Positions 27,994 to 38,600 of a stretch of 57,735 bases of DNA are shown here, one piece after another; positions within the stretch are counted from its first letter, which is position 1; each line of letters begins with the position of its first letter. Source of the stretch: an uncultured Acidobacteriaceae bacterium (GTDB lineage: Bacteria; Acidobacteriota; Terriglobia; Terriglobales; Acidobacteriaceae); contig CAXUHL010000001.1 of assembly GCA_964250745.1 (NCBI GenBank), forward strand, positions 1-57,735, given 5' to 3'. The position numbers and the translations under genes were made by a program. The notes beneath the pieces are model-generated. The model was not told the DNA's origin and did no database searches. It was given only the letters and a program-made list of their open reading frames with translations.

Positions 27994-29415
27994 TTGGGAG
28001 CGCAAGCGCCGACACACGTGGAGGTCATCGGATCGGGCCCGAACGGGCTTGCGGCCGCGGTCCGGATGGCGCAGGCCGGCTTCGCGGTCGAGGTGCGGGA
28101 AGCGCAGCCGGAGATCGGCGGCGCGTGCCGGACGCTGCCCCTGACGCTGCCGGGATTCGCCCACGATTTCGGTTCCGCGGTACACCCGCTCGGAGCAGGC
28201 TCGCCGTTTTTCAAGACGCTGCCGCTGGATGAACATGGCCTGCGCTGGCTGCACCATGAGGCTCCTTTGGCGCACCCGCTCGACGACGGGACGGCGGTGA
28301 TCCTGGAACGCGGCTTGGACGAAACGGTCGAGGCGCTCGGCGTGGACGGCAAAGCCTGGCGCATGCTGGTCGAGCCGTTGGTGGAGGGCTGGGATGCGCT
28401 CGCGCCGGAGCTTCTGCGGCCTTTGCTCCACGTCCCGCGGCATCCGTTGTTTCTGGCCCGGTTCGGGGCGTTCGCGGCCCTGCCCGCGCGGGCTTTGGCG
28501 CTGCTGCTGTTCCGCCACGAGCGGACGCGCGCTCTTTTTGCCGGGCTCGCCGGGCACTCGTTTCAGTCGCTCGACGCGCCGTTTTCGTCTGCCATCGCAC
28601 TGGTTCTCGGCGCTTCGGCGCATGCTGTCGGCTGGCCTATTCCGCAAGGCGGTGCGGGGGCCATCACCCACGCGCTGGCGAGCCTCCTGCACGCGAATGG
28701 CGCGGGCATCTGGGTCGGGGGGCCGGTGCGCTCGACGGACCAGCTGGGCGAGCGGTCCATCGTGCTCGCCGATGTGCGCCCGAGGGCGCTGCTGGGCCTG
28801 GCCGGGCACCGTTTGCCGTCGATGTACCAGGCCAAACTGCGGCGGTTTCGGCCCGGCCCGGGTTCGTGGAAGCTCGACTACGCGCTCAGCGAGCCGATCC
28901 CATGGAAAGCGGCGGAGTGCCGCCGGGCCGGGACGGTCCACCTGGGCGGGACACTTGCGGAGATCACGCGGAGCGAACGCACGATGCTGCGCGGGCGCGT
29001 CCCGGAGCGGCCATTCGTTCTGCTGGCGCAGCCCACGCTCGCCGACCCGAGCCGCGCGCCCGAGGGCAAGCATGTCGCCTGGGCATACTGCCACGTGCCG
29101 AACGGGACAAAGGAGGACGCGACCGAGCGGATCGAGGCCCAGATCGAAAGGTTCGCGCCGGGCTTTCGGGAGTGCGTGCTGCACCGCACCGTTTCCGGCC
29201 CCCGGCAGCTCGAAGCCATGGACGCGAACCTTCATGGAGGCGACATCAGCGGCGGCGCGATGGACCCGGCGCAGCTCCTGTTCCGGCCCACGCTCGGCGC
29301 ATACAGCACGCCGGACCCGCACATTTTCCTCTGCTCGTCGTCGACGCCGCCGGGCGGCGGAGTCCATGGGATGTGCGGCTTCCACGCGGCGGAGGCGGCG
29401 CTGGCACGCTGGTAA
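27994..29415 (+). CDS. Phytoene desaturase-related NAD(P)/FAD oxidoreductase
   Basis: IGSGPNGLAAA, HDFGSAVHP, CSSSTPPGGGVHGMCG; substrate unknown. Confidence 0.85.
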   Translation: MGAQAPTHVEVIGSGPNGLAAAVRMAQAGFAVEVREAQPEIGGACRTLPLTLPGFAHDFGSAVHPLGAGSPFFKTLPLDEHGLRWLHHEAPLAHPLDDGTAVILERGLDETVEALGVDGKAWRMLVEPLVEGWDALAPELLRPLLHVPRHPLFLARFGAFAALPARALALLLFRHERTRALFAGLAGHSFQSLDAPFSSAIALVLGASAHAVGWPIPQGGAGAITHALASLLHANGAGIWVGGPVRSTDQLGERSIVLADVRPRALLGLAGHRLPSMYQAKLRRFRPGPGSWKLDYALSEPIPWKAAECRRAGTVHLGGTLAEITRSERTMLRGRVPERPFVLLAQPTLADPSRAPEGKHVAWAYCHVPNGTKEDATERIEAQIERFAPGFRECVLHRTVSGPRQLEAMDANLHGGDISGGAMDPAQLLFRPTLGAYSTPDPHIFLCSSSTPPGGGVHGMCGFHAAEAALARW

Positions 29416-29512
29416 CAGTCATACCGGCATCCTCCATGTACGAAGGATACTTACAATGTGGAATCTCGCTTGGATGCCGGTCGCGATTCACATCGATATT
29501 GCCATTGAATCC

Positions 29513-30034
29513 TTACGGGCAGGCTGGAAAGGAGTTCTCGGCCAACATAAAAGGCATAGCTTCCTTCTCGACGTCACTGCTGGGGAGCGGCTTTGCATGT
29601 GTGGCATTCTTTTGCGCGTCTTCACACAAAGACTGCTCGATTCTAGGTCGCTGGACTACAAGAGCGAGCGTCGTCTTGAAATAAGTCGCGACATAGTAAT
29701 GCTTATTGGCGGCCAGGTCTAACGTGACATGGGCTCCACCTTTCGGGCTCTTGTCCCACCAGTAATTGGTGGAAAAAACATGGGGACCCGGATCAAACGT
29801 GAAAGTGACAAAGCTACCGGACTTCATCTTCGCCAACGGCTGCTTGTCGTCGAAGATGAGGCCAAGGAAAGCACCCTCTTTATAGCCGGGCTTGGCGGAC
29901 TTTAGCAAGCTGCCGTTCGAGTAAAAAGTCACTTGGGCCTGCGGCGCGGAGACTGAACCAGCAGGATTGGCTTGCCCTAGAGCCGATGCCGAGAAAAGAG
30001 CAAGACAACACGACAACGTTGACCGTGGTTTCAC
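29513..30034 (-). CDS. Secreted hypothetical protein (DUF2846-like beta-sandwich), lower GC
   Basis: Signal peptide; AQVTFY, FVTFTFDPGPHVF, LDLAANKHYYV; TAGAAT 7 nt before GTG 30034. Confidence 0.65.
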   Translation of the reverse strand: MKPRSTLSCCLALFSASALGQANPAGSVSAPQAQVTFYSNGSLLKSAKPGYKEGAFLGLIFDDKQPLAKMKSGSFVTFTFDPGPHVFSTNYWWDKSPKGGAHVTLDLAANKHYYVATYFKTTLALVVQRPRIEQSLCEDAQKNATHAKPLPSSDVEKEAMPFMLAENSFPACP

Positions 30035-30148
30035 GAGGCGGATTCTACGGCACTCACGGTCGATAAGTCGAGAGTTGTGCCGTCTCGAAGCAAATAACCG
30101 CCGACAACGGTCGTAATATCCAATCGTGTTCATCGTCCGCGTCACACC

Positions 30149-32956
30149 TCAACGCTTGCGCGCGGGCTTTTCCGACGCGGCGCTTTGCTCCAGCACCGCC
30201 GTCAGCACCTCGGGAAGCAGCGGTTGCGGGCGCATCGCGGCCCATGGGTCGCGGTCCAGCCGGCCGCGCCAGTCCGCGAAGTTCGCGACGGTAAACGAGA
30301 AAGGCCCACGCCCGAGCTCGTCCCAGTCCAGCGGCACGGCCACCTTCATACCGGGCCGCGCGCGCGGCGACCAGGGCGCGACCGCGGTGGCCCCGCGCTC
30401 GTTGCGCATCCAGTCCAGAAAGATGCGCCCGTGGCGGGCCGCCTTCGTCATCTTGATCAGGTAGAGCTTCGGGTCGGTACTTTCGATGGCGGCGGCCAGC
30501 CCGCGCGCGAACAGCTTCATCTGCGGCCAGGCGACGCGCGGCCCGAGCGCCGCGACCAGGTGCAGGCCCTTCCCGCCGGTCGTTTTCACGAAAGTCTCGA
30601 GCCGCAGCTCGTGGAGAAAGGCCCGGATCGCGAGGGCGCTCTCGACCACCGTGCCCCAGGGAAGGCTTTCGTCCGGGTCCAGGTCCAGAATCAGACGGTC
30701 GGGCCGCTCCAGATCGGCACCGCGGGAGCCCCAGGGGTGCAGCTCCAGCACGCCCAGCTGTGCCAGGCCGAGGAGAGCTTCGGCCGAAGGGACCGAAATG
30801 TACGGCTCGGTGCGGGCGGGGTCGGCGGCGTCCGGCACCTCGATCGCCGCAAGTGTTTTCGGCAGGCCCGTCTTGATGTGCTTTTGAAAGAAGCAGGGCT
30901 TCCCTGCCCCGTCCGGACAGCGCACGATCGAGCAGGGCCGTCCGGCGAGGTGCGGCAGCATCGCGGGGGCGACGGCCTCGAAATAGTCCGCGAGCTGCTG
31001 CTTGGTGGTTCCCGTGCTGGGGTCGAGGACCTTGTCGGGATGGGTCAGGCGGAGTTTCGGCGCAGGCGCGGGCTGCTTTGTAACGCTTCCCTTCTTCGCG
31101 GGCAAAGCCTGGTCTTCAGCCTCATCGGGCACGGGCTGCTTGCGGGAGTTGGCGCGCTTCGCCGCCGCCTGCACGGGCGAGGTCTCGTGGCGGGGCAGGT
31201 CAGGCGCGTGCCGCGCCTCGTCCTCGGGCGCATCCGCCGCGGGCTGCCGTACCTGTTCCCGCACCACCTCCCCCGCGGGCTTGTCCGCGCGCAGCCCTTG
31301 GAAGGACGCATGGCGGACGGCCCCGTCCTCGGTCCAGCCGGCAAACCGGACCTCGCACACCAGCTCCGGCCGCACCCACACGGCATCGCGCCTGGCCAGG
31401 CGGTCCAGCGGGCGCGCGTAGGCGGGTTTGCTCTGCCGCAGCGGGTCGAGACGGGCACGCAGCATGCGCGCGGTCGCCTGCGGAAAGCCCGTGCCGCAGC
31501 GGCCGCAGTGGAGCAGCGCACCCTCGCGGTAATAGCCCAGCAGCAGCGAGCCGACGCCGGCCCCCTTGTCCTTGGGCGGCGTGAAGCCGGCGACGACGAA
31601 CTCCTGCCGCTGCACACACTTCAGCTTGAGCCAGGTGTCGGTGCGGCCGCTCACATAGCGCGCATCGGCCTGCTTGGACAAGATGCCCTCGGCCCCGAGC
31701 GAGCAGGCATGGCTGTACACCTCCTCCGCGTCGAGCTGGAGGTGCGGGCTGTAGCCGAGCAGCTTTTGGCCGGCCTGCGCAACCAGCGGCTCCAGCAGGC
31801 TTTTGCGCGCCCGCAGCGGCAGGGCGCGCAGGTCGCGTCCATCGAGGTGAAGCAGGTCGAACACAAAAAGGTTGAGCGCTTCGGTTTGCTCATTCTCGAA
31901 CGCTGCCTGGAGCTTGCCGAAGCTGGAGGTGCCGTCCGGGTTGAGGGCGACCAACTCGCCGTCGAGCACGGCCTCCCGCGCCTCCACCGCCGCGCACGCC
32001 CGCGCCACGGCGCGCATCCGGTGCGTCCAGTCCAGGCCGGAGCGGGTGTAAAGCGTGGCTTTGCCATCGCGGATGTGGGCCTGGACACGGTAGCCGTCCA
32101 GCTTGAGCTCGTGGAGCCATTGCGCGCCGGGCGGAATGCGCTCGGCCGAGGTGGCGAGCTGCGGCGGAACGAAGCCCGGCATGGGCGCGGCGGGAGCGCC
32201 GTCGAGCCAAGCCTCTGCGGTGCTTTGGTCTGCTTTCTTCGGCTCCTCGCCCCGCGCTTCCTCGACCTTGCGCTGAAGTCGCGACCGATTGGCCGAGCCT
32301 TTCTTGCCCTCAATCTCGTGCGACTGCCAGACGTGGTCTTCGGCGGCGGCGATCGCTTCGAGGCTGCGCCCGGTCACGACCGAGTTCGGAGCCTCGTCCG
32401 TGATCCCCGGCGCGGAAGCGGGGCGCTCCCGGCCGTCGTGCTCCTTGATGAGCAGCCAGTTCGGCTTACCCTCGTGCGCGGCCTTCCCGCCCATTCGGAC
32501 CAGTGTCCAACGGCCTTCGAGCTTTTGCCCGTGCAGCGTGAACTTGAGCGAGCCCTTGCGCAGCCCTTCGTCGAAGTCGGTGCCGGGCAGCGGCTCCCAC
32601 GTACCCTGGTCCCAGACCATGACCGTGCCGCCGCCGTACTGGCCCTTTGGGATCGCGCCCTCGAAGCCGCCGTACTCCATCGGGTGGTCTTCGACCTCGA
32701 CGGCCAGGCGCTTGTCGGCGGTCGAGTAGCTGGGCCCTTTGGCACAGGCCCAGGACTTGAGAACGCCATTCCAGCCCAGGCGAAAGTCGTAGTGAAGGCG
32801 GGTGGCGGCATGCTTCTGAATGACGAACGGCAGCCTTTCGGCGACCGTGCCGGATGTGCCTGATCCGCCGCTGGGCTCGGCGGTGACCGCGAAGTCGCGC
32901 ATCGCCCGATAGCGAGCGAGCTGGGCGTCGACTTGGGAAGCGGCTTGCTCAGGCAT
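30149..32956 (-). CDS. ligD: NHEJ DNA ligase D (phosphoesterase-ligase-polymerase)
   Basis: PE: FVIQKHAATRLHYDFRL; LIG: HELKLDGYR, EGILSK, WLKLK; POL: LTHPDK, LDLDP, KTTGGKGLH. Confidence 0.96.
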   Translation of the reverse strand: MPEQAASQVDAQLARYRAMRDFAVTAEPSGGSGTSGTVAERLPFVIQKHAATRLHYDFRLGWNGVLKSWACAKGPSYSTADKRLAVEVEDHPMEYGGFEGAIPKGQYGGGTVMVWDQGTWEPLPGTDFDEGLRKGSLKFTLHGQKLEGRWTLVRMGGKAAHEGKPNWLLIKEHDGRERPASAPGITDEAPNSVVTGRSLEAIAAAEDHVWQSHEIEGKKGSANRSRLQRKVEEARGEEPKKADQSTAEAWLDGAPAAPMPGFVPPQLATSAERIPPGAQWLHELKLDGYRVQAHIRDGKATLYTRSGLDWTHRMRAVARACAAVEAREAVLDGELVALNPDGTSSFGKLQAAFENEQTEALNLFVFDLLHLDGRDLRALPLRARKSLLEPLVAQAGQKLLGYSPHLQLDAEEVYSHACSLGAEGILSKQADARYVSGRTDTWLKLKCVQRQEFVVAGFTPPKDKGAGVGSLLLGYYREGALLHCGRCGTGFPQATARMLRARLDPLRQSKPAYARPLDRLARRDAVWVRPELVCEVRFAGWTEDGAVRHASFQGLRADKPAGEVVREQVRQPAADAPEDEARHAPDLPRHETSPVQAAAKRANSRKQPVPDEAEDQALPAKKGSVTKQPAPAPKLRLTHPDKVLDPSTGTTKQQLADYFEAVAPAMLPHLAGRPCSIVRCPDGAGKPCFFQKHIKTGLPKTLAAIEVPDAADPARTEPYISVPSAEALLGLAQLGVLELHPWGSRGADLERPDRLILDLDPDESLPWGTVVESALAIRAFLHELRLETFVKTTGGKGLHLVAALGPRVAWPQMKLFARGLAAAIESTDPKLYLIKMTKAARHGRIFLDWMRNERGATAVAPWSPRARPGMKVAVPLDWDELGRGPFSFTVANFADWRGRLDRDPWAAMRPQPLLPEVLTAVLEQSAASEKPARKR

Positions 32957-32977
32957 GGGTCCGGGACCAGGGCCGCC

Positions 32978-33484
32978 TTACGGCAGCAGCGCCGCAATGT
33001 CAGAGCTTTGAAAGCGAACGGCACCTACTTCGCATTCGACGACGGGCTGAAGGATGCCTGACTGGAAACGTTGAAAGCGGCCTGTATCGGGATCGACGAG
33101 ATAAATGCTTTTAACACCCATAGCTTCATACTCCCTGAGCTTGCGCTCGACGCGCTCCAGCCGATCCTCCGGACTCAGGATTTCAAAGACGGCCGCGGGG
33201 GGGCAGCGAACGATTTGCTCGTCCGGAGCATCGTCGGCGAGAACCAGCACATCCGGCAGGCGATAGCTCGCTTCCCGGGTTTGCGAGCGCAGCTCCGGGT
33301 AAGCGGTCAGGTGCCACTGTTCGCGGTGCAGCCAGAACCAGACCTGGAGCGCGAGCTGCCACTTGCTGTGGTTTTTTTCACCCAAGGGCCGCTCCTCGAT
33401 CTCGCCATCGACGTACTCAGCCGCCGCGTCCCAGCCGTGGTCGCCGTGGAGGTACTCTTCGACCGACATCTTGGTCGCGATCAT
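32978..33484 (-). CDS. Uma2 family (DUF820) endonuclease-like protein
   Basis: SVEEYL, EYVDGEIEER, YRLPDV, EILSPED, YLVDP. Confidence 0.9.
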   Translation of the reverse strand: MIATKMSVEEYLHGDHGWDAAAEYVDGEIEERPLGEKNHSKWQLALQVWFWLHREQWHLTAYPELRSQTREASYRLPDVLVLADDAPDEQIVRCPPAAVFEILSPEDRLERVERKLREYEAMGVKSIYLVDPDTGRFQRFQSGILQPVVECEVGAVRFQSSDIAALLP

Positions 33485-33511
33485 TCAGCTCTTCCTTCCG
33501 CCCGCCTAAGC

Positions 33512-34216
33512 TCAAAAGTGATGGATTTGCTCTTCCTTCATCGCATCCGGCACCAGGGGGCGCGAGGCGACCTCGCGCTCCAGGGAGCGCGTCACCAGGT
33601 CGCGCGAGCCCAGGCCGACAGACAGCGCGAGCGCGAACACGATGCCGCCGAACAGGATGCCGAACGCGAGGTCCACGATGTGGCCGCCGATCTGCAGGTG
33701 ATCGAGCACCATGGCCGCGGTCAGCACCAGCACCAGCCACTTGACCCCGGTGCCCAGCAGACGCGCGTACTGCAGGCCCATGTTGACCCCGGAGATGAGC
33801 ACGGACCGGCCCAGGACGCGGGCGATCAGGGTTCCGACGAAAAGCAGGATCAGCGCGCCGACAAGCCGCGGCACATAGGAGAACACGTAGGCGGAGACCC
33901 CGGTATCGGAGGACCCGGCCTCGAACGCGGAGATGCCCACCAGCACGCCGAGCAGGAAGACGGTCCAGAAGACGATGCGGGCGACCAGACGCGAGGGCGA
34001 ATGGGTCCACTCCGCCAGGCGCTCGTTCTGCTCGAAGCGCGCGTCGAAACGCAGGGCCGCTGCGGCGCGCTGCGTGAGCCAGGCAAGCCCGGTCCCGATG
34101 GCCGCGAACAGCACCAGCACCAGGACGAACGCCACGATGCCGGGCAGCAGCGTGACGATCTTGGTGATGACGCGGCTGATGGAGTCTTCTAGCGATTGTG
34201 CGATTTGCTGACCCAT
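33512..34216 (-). CDS. CmpX-like / MscS TM-helix-repeat membrane protein
   Basis: Repeated LP/VP-TM units; FGILFGGIVFALALSVGLGSRD. Confidence 0.78.
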   Translation of the reverse strand: MGQQIAQSLEDSISRVITKIVTLLPGIVAFVLVLVLFAAIGTGLAWLTQRAAAALRFDARFEQNERLAEWTHSPSRLVARIVFWTVFLLGVLVGISAFEAGSSDTGVSAYVFSYVPRLVGALILLFVGTLIARVLGRSVLISGVNMGLQYARLLGTGVKWLVLVLTAAMVLDHLQIGGHIVDLAFGILFGGIVFALALSVGLGSRDLVTRSLEREVASRPLVPDAMKEEQIHHF

Positions 34217-34261
34217 GCGGGGCTCTCCTGTCGGTTGCGTTCGGCCTGCTCGGGGCTTTCG

Positions 34262-35512
34262 TTAAGGATTGAAGCGGTCGGGCCAGCGCCACCGGCGGAC
34301 CAGGTAGGGCTTGCCGTCTTCAAAAGCGCGGGCCAGCTTTTCCTGGCGCGCGGCGGGGTCGAAGCCGGAGTCCGCCGCGGCTTCGTTGACGAAGGACGCG
34401 ACCCAGCCCAGGTACAGCGGGGTAAGCGCGCCCAGCAGCTGCTTGCGGTTGATGGTCCGGAGCCGGTGGCCCAGGGCGAAGTCGTACACGATGCGGACCC
34501 ACAACTCGTCGGGCATGCGGAACGCTTCGCCCGCCAGCAGCGAAAGACGCTTGAGGTCGAGCAGGGTGACCGGCGGCAACAGCAGGCCCCATACGTCCTG
34601 GAGGCTGCGCGAGGCCAGCAGAAACGACTTGATCATGGGCGCGGTGTCGACCTCGGCGGCGGCGGTTTGCGCCTCGCCGGGTCTGAAGGTCGCGGCGTGG
34701 CTGCCGTTCTGCGCGGAGGGCCGTACCCTCTGCCACAAGGGCGCGTGGGCTTCCATCTCCGCGTAAACCGAGCCCGCCAGCTGCGCGATCACGGAAGCGA
34801 GGTCCATGTCGGACGCTGCGCGGGCGTGCTGGATGGGCAGCGCAACTTCGGAAACCGCGCCGTCGATCCCCGCGGCGACCGTGGCCGGCCACAGAATGGG
34901 CGTCGCGGTGGAGGCCCGGCTGTGCGCGGCCACCGCGAGCCGGGCCATGAGCCGGACCGACACCGCGAAGTCCGGCGCGAGCGGGTAACGCACGCGCTTG
35001 CCGTAGAGCGCGCGGGTAAGCGGGGCCAGGAGAGCGTGATTGAAGAGACCGTCAAAAGGCGGCAGCGTGTAGGAGCCCATGACCAGGTCGCGCTCGCGGG
35101 CGAGCACCGGCCGCACCAGCGCTTCCACCGCCTGCGGGGTCAGCGCTTGCAGGTCCGGGTGGAGCAGCACGGCGGCCTGCGCGCCGCTTTCCCCGGCCAG
35201 CGACAGGAGGGCGGCCTCGGCCGCGGCGGTCTGGGCCCATGGCGAGTTCGTTCCCTCCGCCGAGGGCAGCGGGTAGGTGAGCAGGTCGGTACTCTCATCG
35301 ACCGGCGTCCGGACGCTTTCCGCCCCGGGATAGGCCAGGGTCAGGTGCACGCCCGCGAGCGCCCCGGAGGCATGGAGCGCGGCTCCGGCCTCGCGCAGGT
35401 GGCCGGGGTCGGCCGAGCCGCTGACGCCGAGGAACACCTCCGCGCCGCGGCCGGGCGTTTGTGCGGTGCCTGCGGCCCCGGTCAGGTCGGGCACTGTTTG
35501 CGTATCAGCCAT
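34262..35512 (-). CDS. Glucosylglycerate synthase-like GT-A protein, catalytic motifs degenerate
   Basis: PLTRALYGKRVR, LWVRIVYDFA, LTPLYLGWVASF, FEDGKPYLVRRW; expected DxD reads HPD. Confidence 0.65.
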   Translation of the reverse strand: MADTQTVPDLTGAAGTAQTPGRGAEVFLGVSGSADPGHLREAGAALHASGALAGVHLTLAYPGAESVRTPVDESTDLLTYPLPSAEGTNSPWAQTAAAEAALLSLAGESGAQAAVLLHPDLQALTPQAVEALVRPVLARERDLVMGSYTLPPFDGLFNHALLAPLTRALYGKRVRYPLAPDFAVSVRLMARLAVAAHSRASTATPILWPATVAAGIDGAVSEVALPIQHARAASDMDLASVIAQLAGSVYAEMEAHAPLWQRVRPSAQNGSHAATFRPGEAQTAAAEVDTAPMIKSFLLASRSLQDVWGLLLPPVTLLDLKRLSLLAGEAFRMPDELWVRIVYDFALGHRLRTINRKQLLGALTPLYLGWVASFVNEAAADSGFDPAARQEKLARAFEDGKPYLVRRWRWPDRFNP

Positions 35513-35606
35513 CTGTTTCCACTCCCAGCCTCATGCTACCGCCGTTTTCTCCGCAGGATGGACTTTCGGCGTTCCCCGGCGAAAAAGCTTCCCGTTCTTA
35601 CACGCC

Positions 35607-38600
35607 TCAGGCGGCACCGCGCGAGAGCTGCAGGATCCCCCCCAGCGGAATGCGGACCCAGGCAGGGCGGTTGTTGAGCTCGTACACCAGCTCATACAGC
35701 GCCTTGTCGAGCAGGTACACGTCAAGCAACTGCCGGAAGCTGGCCTCCGCTCGCGGCACGATCGGGCTGTCGGCGGCGGTCTTGCGGTAGGATTCGAGAA
35801 ACTCAGCGGACACCGCGGCCTCCCACAAGCGTGCCCAGGGCTCCAGGCGGTCGTAGTCCTGCGGGCGGCGCTGGGTAAAGGCGGTCAGCGAAGCTCCGGC
35901 GGCATAGGAGAACGACCGGAGCATCCCGGCGACATCCTTCAGCGGCGACTGCTTGGCCCGGCGCTCGGCGAGCGGCCGGGCGGGCTCGCCCTCGAAGTCG
36001 AGCAGGACGAAGTCGCCCTTGGAGCGCAGGGTCTGGCCCAAGTGGTAGTCGCCGTGGACGCGGGTCCGCATGGCCCCCGCGCCCAGACGGGTCAGCGAGC
36101 CGTACGCGCCCAGGAGCGCGCGGCGGCGGCTCAAAACCAGGCCGGCCTGCTCCACGGTGCTTTCGGACGCGGTCTCGAGCCGCCCCAGGCTGGCCCGCAG
36201 CGTATCGAAGGCGCGGCTGCCGTGCGCGTGGAGATCTTCCTCAAGCGCGCGCAGGTCGTCCAGCGTCATCGGCTCCGGCGCGAACGCCGCGTCGTCTGTC
36301 GGCTGAGCGAGCGCCAGGTGCATCTCAGCGGTGCGCCGGCCCAGGGTGCAGGCCGCCTCCAGGTAGAAGCCGGCCGCGTCGCGGGTCTGCTCCATCGCCG
36401 GGCTTTTCGCGTCGATGGCGGCTCCGGCGCGCGGCAGCTGGTCCGGCGGAAACTGCGCGGCCAGGCGTCCCTCGTAGAACCGTCCCAGCTCGTCGAGCGT
36501 CCACTGCCAGCCGTCGCCGACGTTTTCGACCAGGCCTTGCAGCATAGCCACCGTGGCCGGCTCCTTCCCTGCCGTGTCGTACTCGAGCGAGCCGCCGAAC
36601 GGAGCGACCGCGCCGAAAGCGGAGTTCTCCGTCAGGTAGCGGCCGATCTCCACGTCCGGGTTGGGCCCATGGAGCACGCGGCGGAACAGCTTCATGATCA
36701 GGCGGTCGCCGAAGAAGACGCTGGTGTTGGACTGCTCGGCCGAAGACCGGCGCGGGGGCACGGCCGCCTCGCCTCGCAGCGCGGCGAAAACCGAGGAGGG
36801 CGCGCCGCGCAGGATGCCATTGCGCATCGCCAGCTCGTCGGCGTGGGCCAGCAGGTCCAGCAGCGCGTTCGCGGCCTCTTCGGTGTACATGGCATCCGCC
36901 AGCACGCCTTGCTGCCCCGGCGCGAGCACGTTCGAGACGATCGCGGTCGGCGAGGCGGCCCGCAGCGCCTCGGCCTCCTCGCCGAACAGCAGCGTCAGCG
37001 GCAGCAGGTAGCCTTCCGGGGCTCCCTCGGTGTAGGCGACCTCGACCAGCGCGAGCGCGACCGCGGCCTCCGCGCTCGCGGCGAGCGGGCCCCAGTCGGT
37101 GACGGCGACCGAGGCGATCGTGCGGCTCTTCGCGCCGAACCAACGCTGGCGCGGCAGGTAGTCGGGCAGCAGGCGCTCCTCGAACAAGCGTCCGGCCCCG
37201 GCGAACACGCTTTCCCAGTCGTGGTCGTTGCGCAGCGAAATCTGCGCCGCCGCGGTGTCTTCCCTGGCTTCGTCGAGCGCGGCGCGGTCGGGCGAGGGCT
37301 GCAGCTCCAGCCAGAAGAAACCATAGGAGCCGAGCGTGACGTTGTAGGCGGCTTTGGTGATGGGCGGGAACTCGACGTAGCCCAGCATCTCGACCGGCGT
37401 CATGCCCTCGAACTCGCTCAGGTCGAGCGTGACGGGTTGGGCGAAGCGCGAAAGGTTCGCCACGCACAGGATCGTCGTGTTCTCATCCTCGCGCACGTAG
37501 GCCAGGACTTTGCGGTTGTCCGGGTGCAGGAAGCGCTGCGTGCCCCGCCCGAAAACCGGGAAGAGCTTGCGCAGGGAGATCATGTTGCGCATCCAGTTCA
37601 GCAGGCTCGACGGGTCGGACTGCTGGCCCTCGACGTTGATCGCCTCGTAGCCCCACACCGGGTCCATGATGACGGGCGAGAACAGCTTGGCGGGGCTGGC
37701 GCGGGAGAAGCCCGCGTTGCGGTCGCCGGACCACTGCATGGGCGTGCGGACGCCGTTGCGGTCGCCCAGGTAGATGTTGTCGCCCATCCCGATCTCGTCG
37801 CCGTAGTAGAGGATCGGCGTGCCGGGGAAGGAGAACAGGAGCGAGTTCAAGAGCTCCATGCGGCGGCGATTGTTGTCGAGCAGCGGCGCGAGCCGGCGGC
37901 GGATGCCGATGTTGATCCGCATCCGCGGGTCGGCCGAGTAGGCCAGGTACATGTAGTCGCGCTCTTCGTCGGAGACCATCTCGAGCGTCAGCTCGTCGTG
38001 GTTGCGGAGGAAGATGCCCCACTGGCAGTTTTCCGGGATACCCGGGGTCTGCGCCATGATATCCGTGATGGGCAGACGGTCCTCCTGCCGGAGCGCCATG
38101 TAGATGCGCGGCATCAGCGGGAAGTGAAAGGCCATGTGGCACTCGTCGCCGTCGCCGAAGTACGGGCGCACGTCCTCCGGCCACTGGTTGGCCTCGGCCA
38201 GGATCAACCGTCCGTCGTAGCCTTCGTCGATCGCGGCGCGGATCTGTTTGATGGCGACGTGGGTTTCAGGCAGGTTCTCGCAGTTGGTACCGTCGCGCTC
38301 GATCAGGTACGGAATCGCGTCCATGCGCAGGCCGTCCACGCCCATGTCCAGCCAGAACCGCATGATGTCGATGACGTCCTCGATCACCGCCGGGTTGTCG
38401 AAGTTCAGGTCGGGCTGGTGCGAGAAGAAGCGGTGCCAGTAGTAGGCGTTCGCGACCGGGTCCCAGGTCCAGTTCGACTTTTCGGTATCGGTGAAGATGA
38501 TGCGTGCGTCGGCGTATTTCCTGTCGGAGTCGGACCAGACGTAGCGCTCGCGCTCGGGCGAGCCCGGGGCGGCCAAACGCGCGGCCTGGAACCAGGGGTG

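Noticed and set aside
27994-29415. Carotenoid biosynthesis gene crtI
   Set aside because: Belongs to the broader phytoene-dehydrogenase-related family; no crtB or other crt genes adjacent
29246-29491. Minus-strand 81-aa ORF with GCATCCAAGCG motif and GGAGG
   Set aside because: Mostly antisense to the oxidoreductase 3' end with a low-complexity product; not supportable
29410-29512. Integron attC site
   Set aside because: No matching RYYYAAC...GTTRRRY pair bounding the inverted repeat and no integrase in the window
35545-35600. Possible fourth MITE-like remnant between treS and the Ggs-like gene
   Set aside because: Only weak similarity to the central hairpin and no terminal repeats
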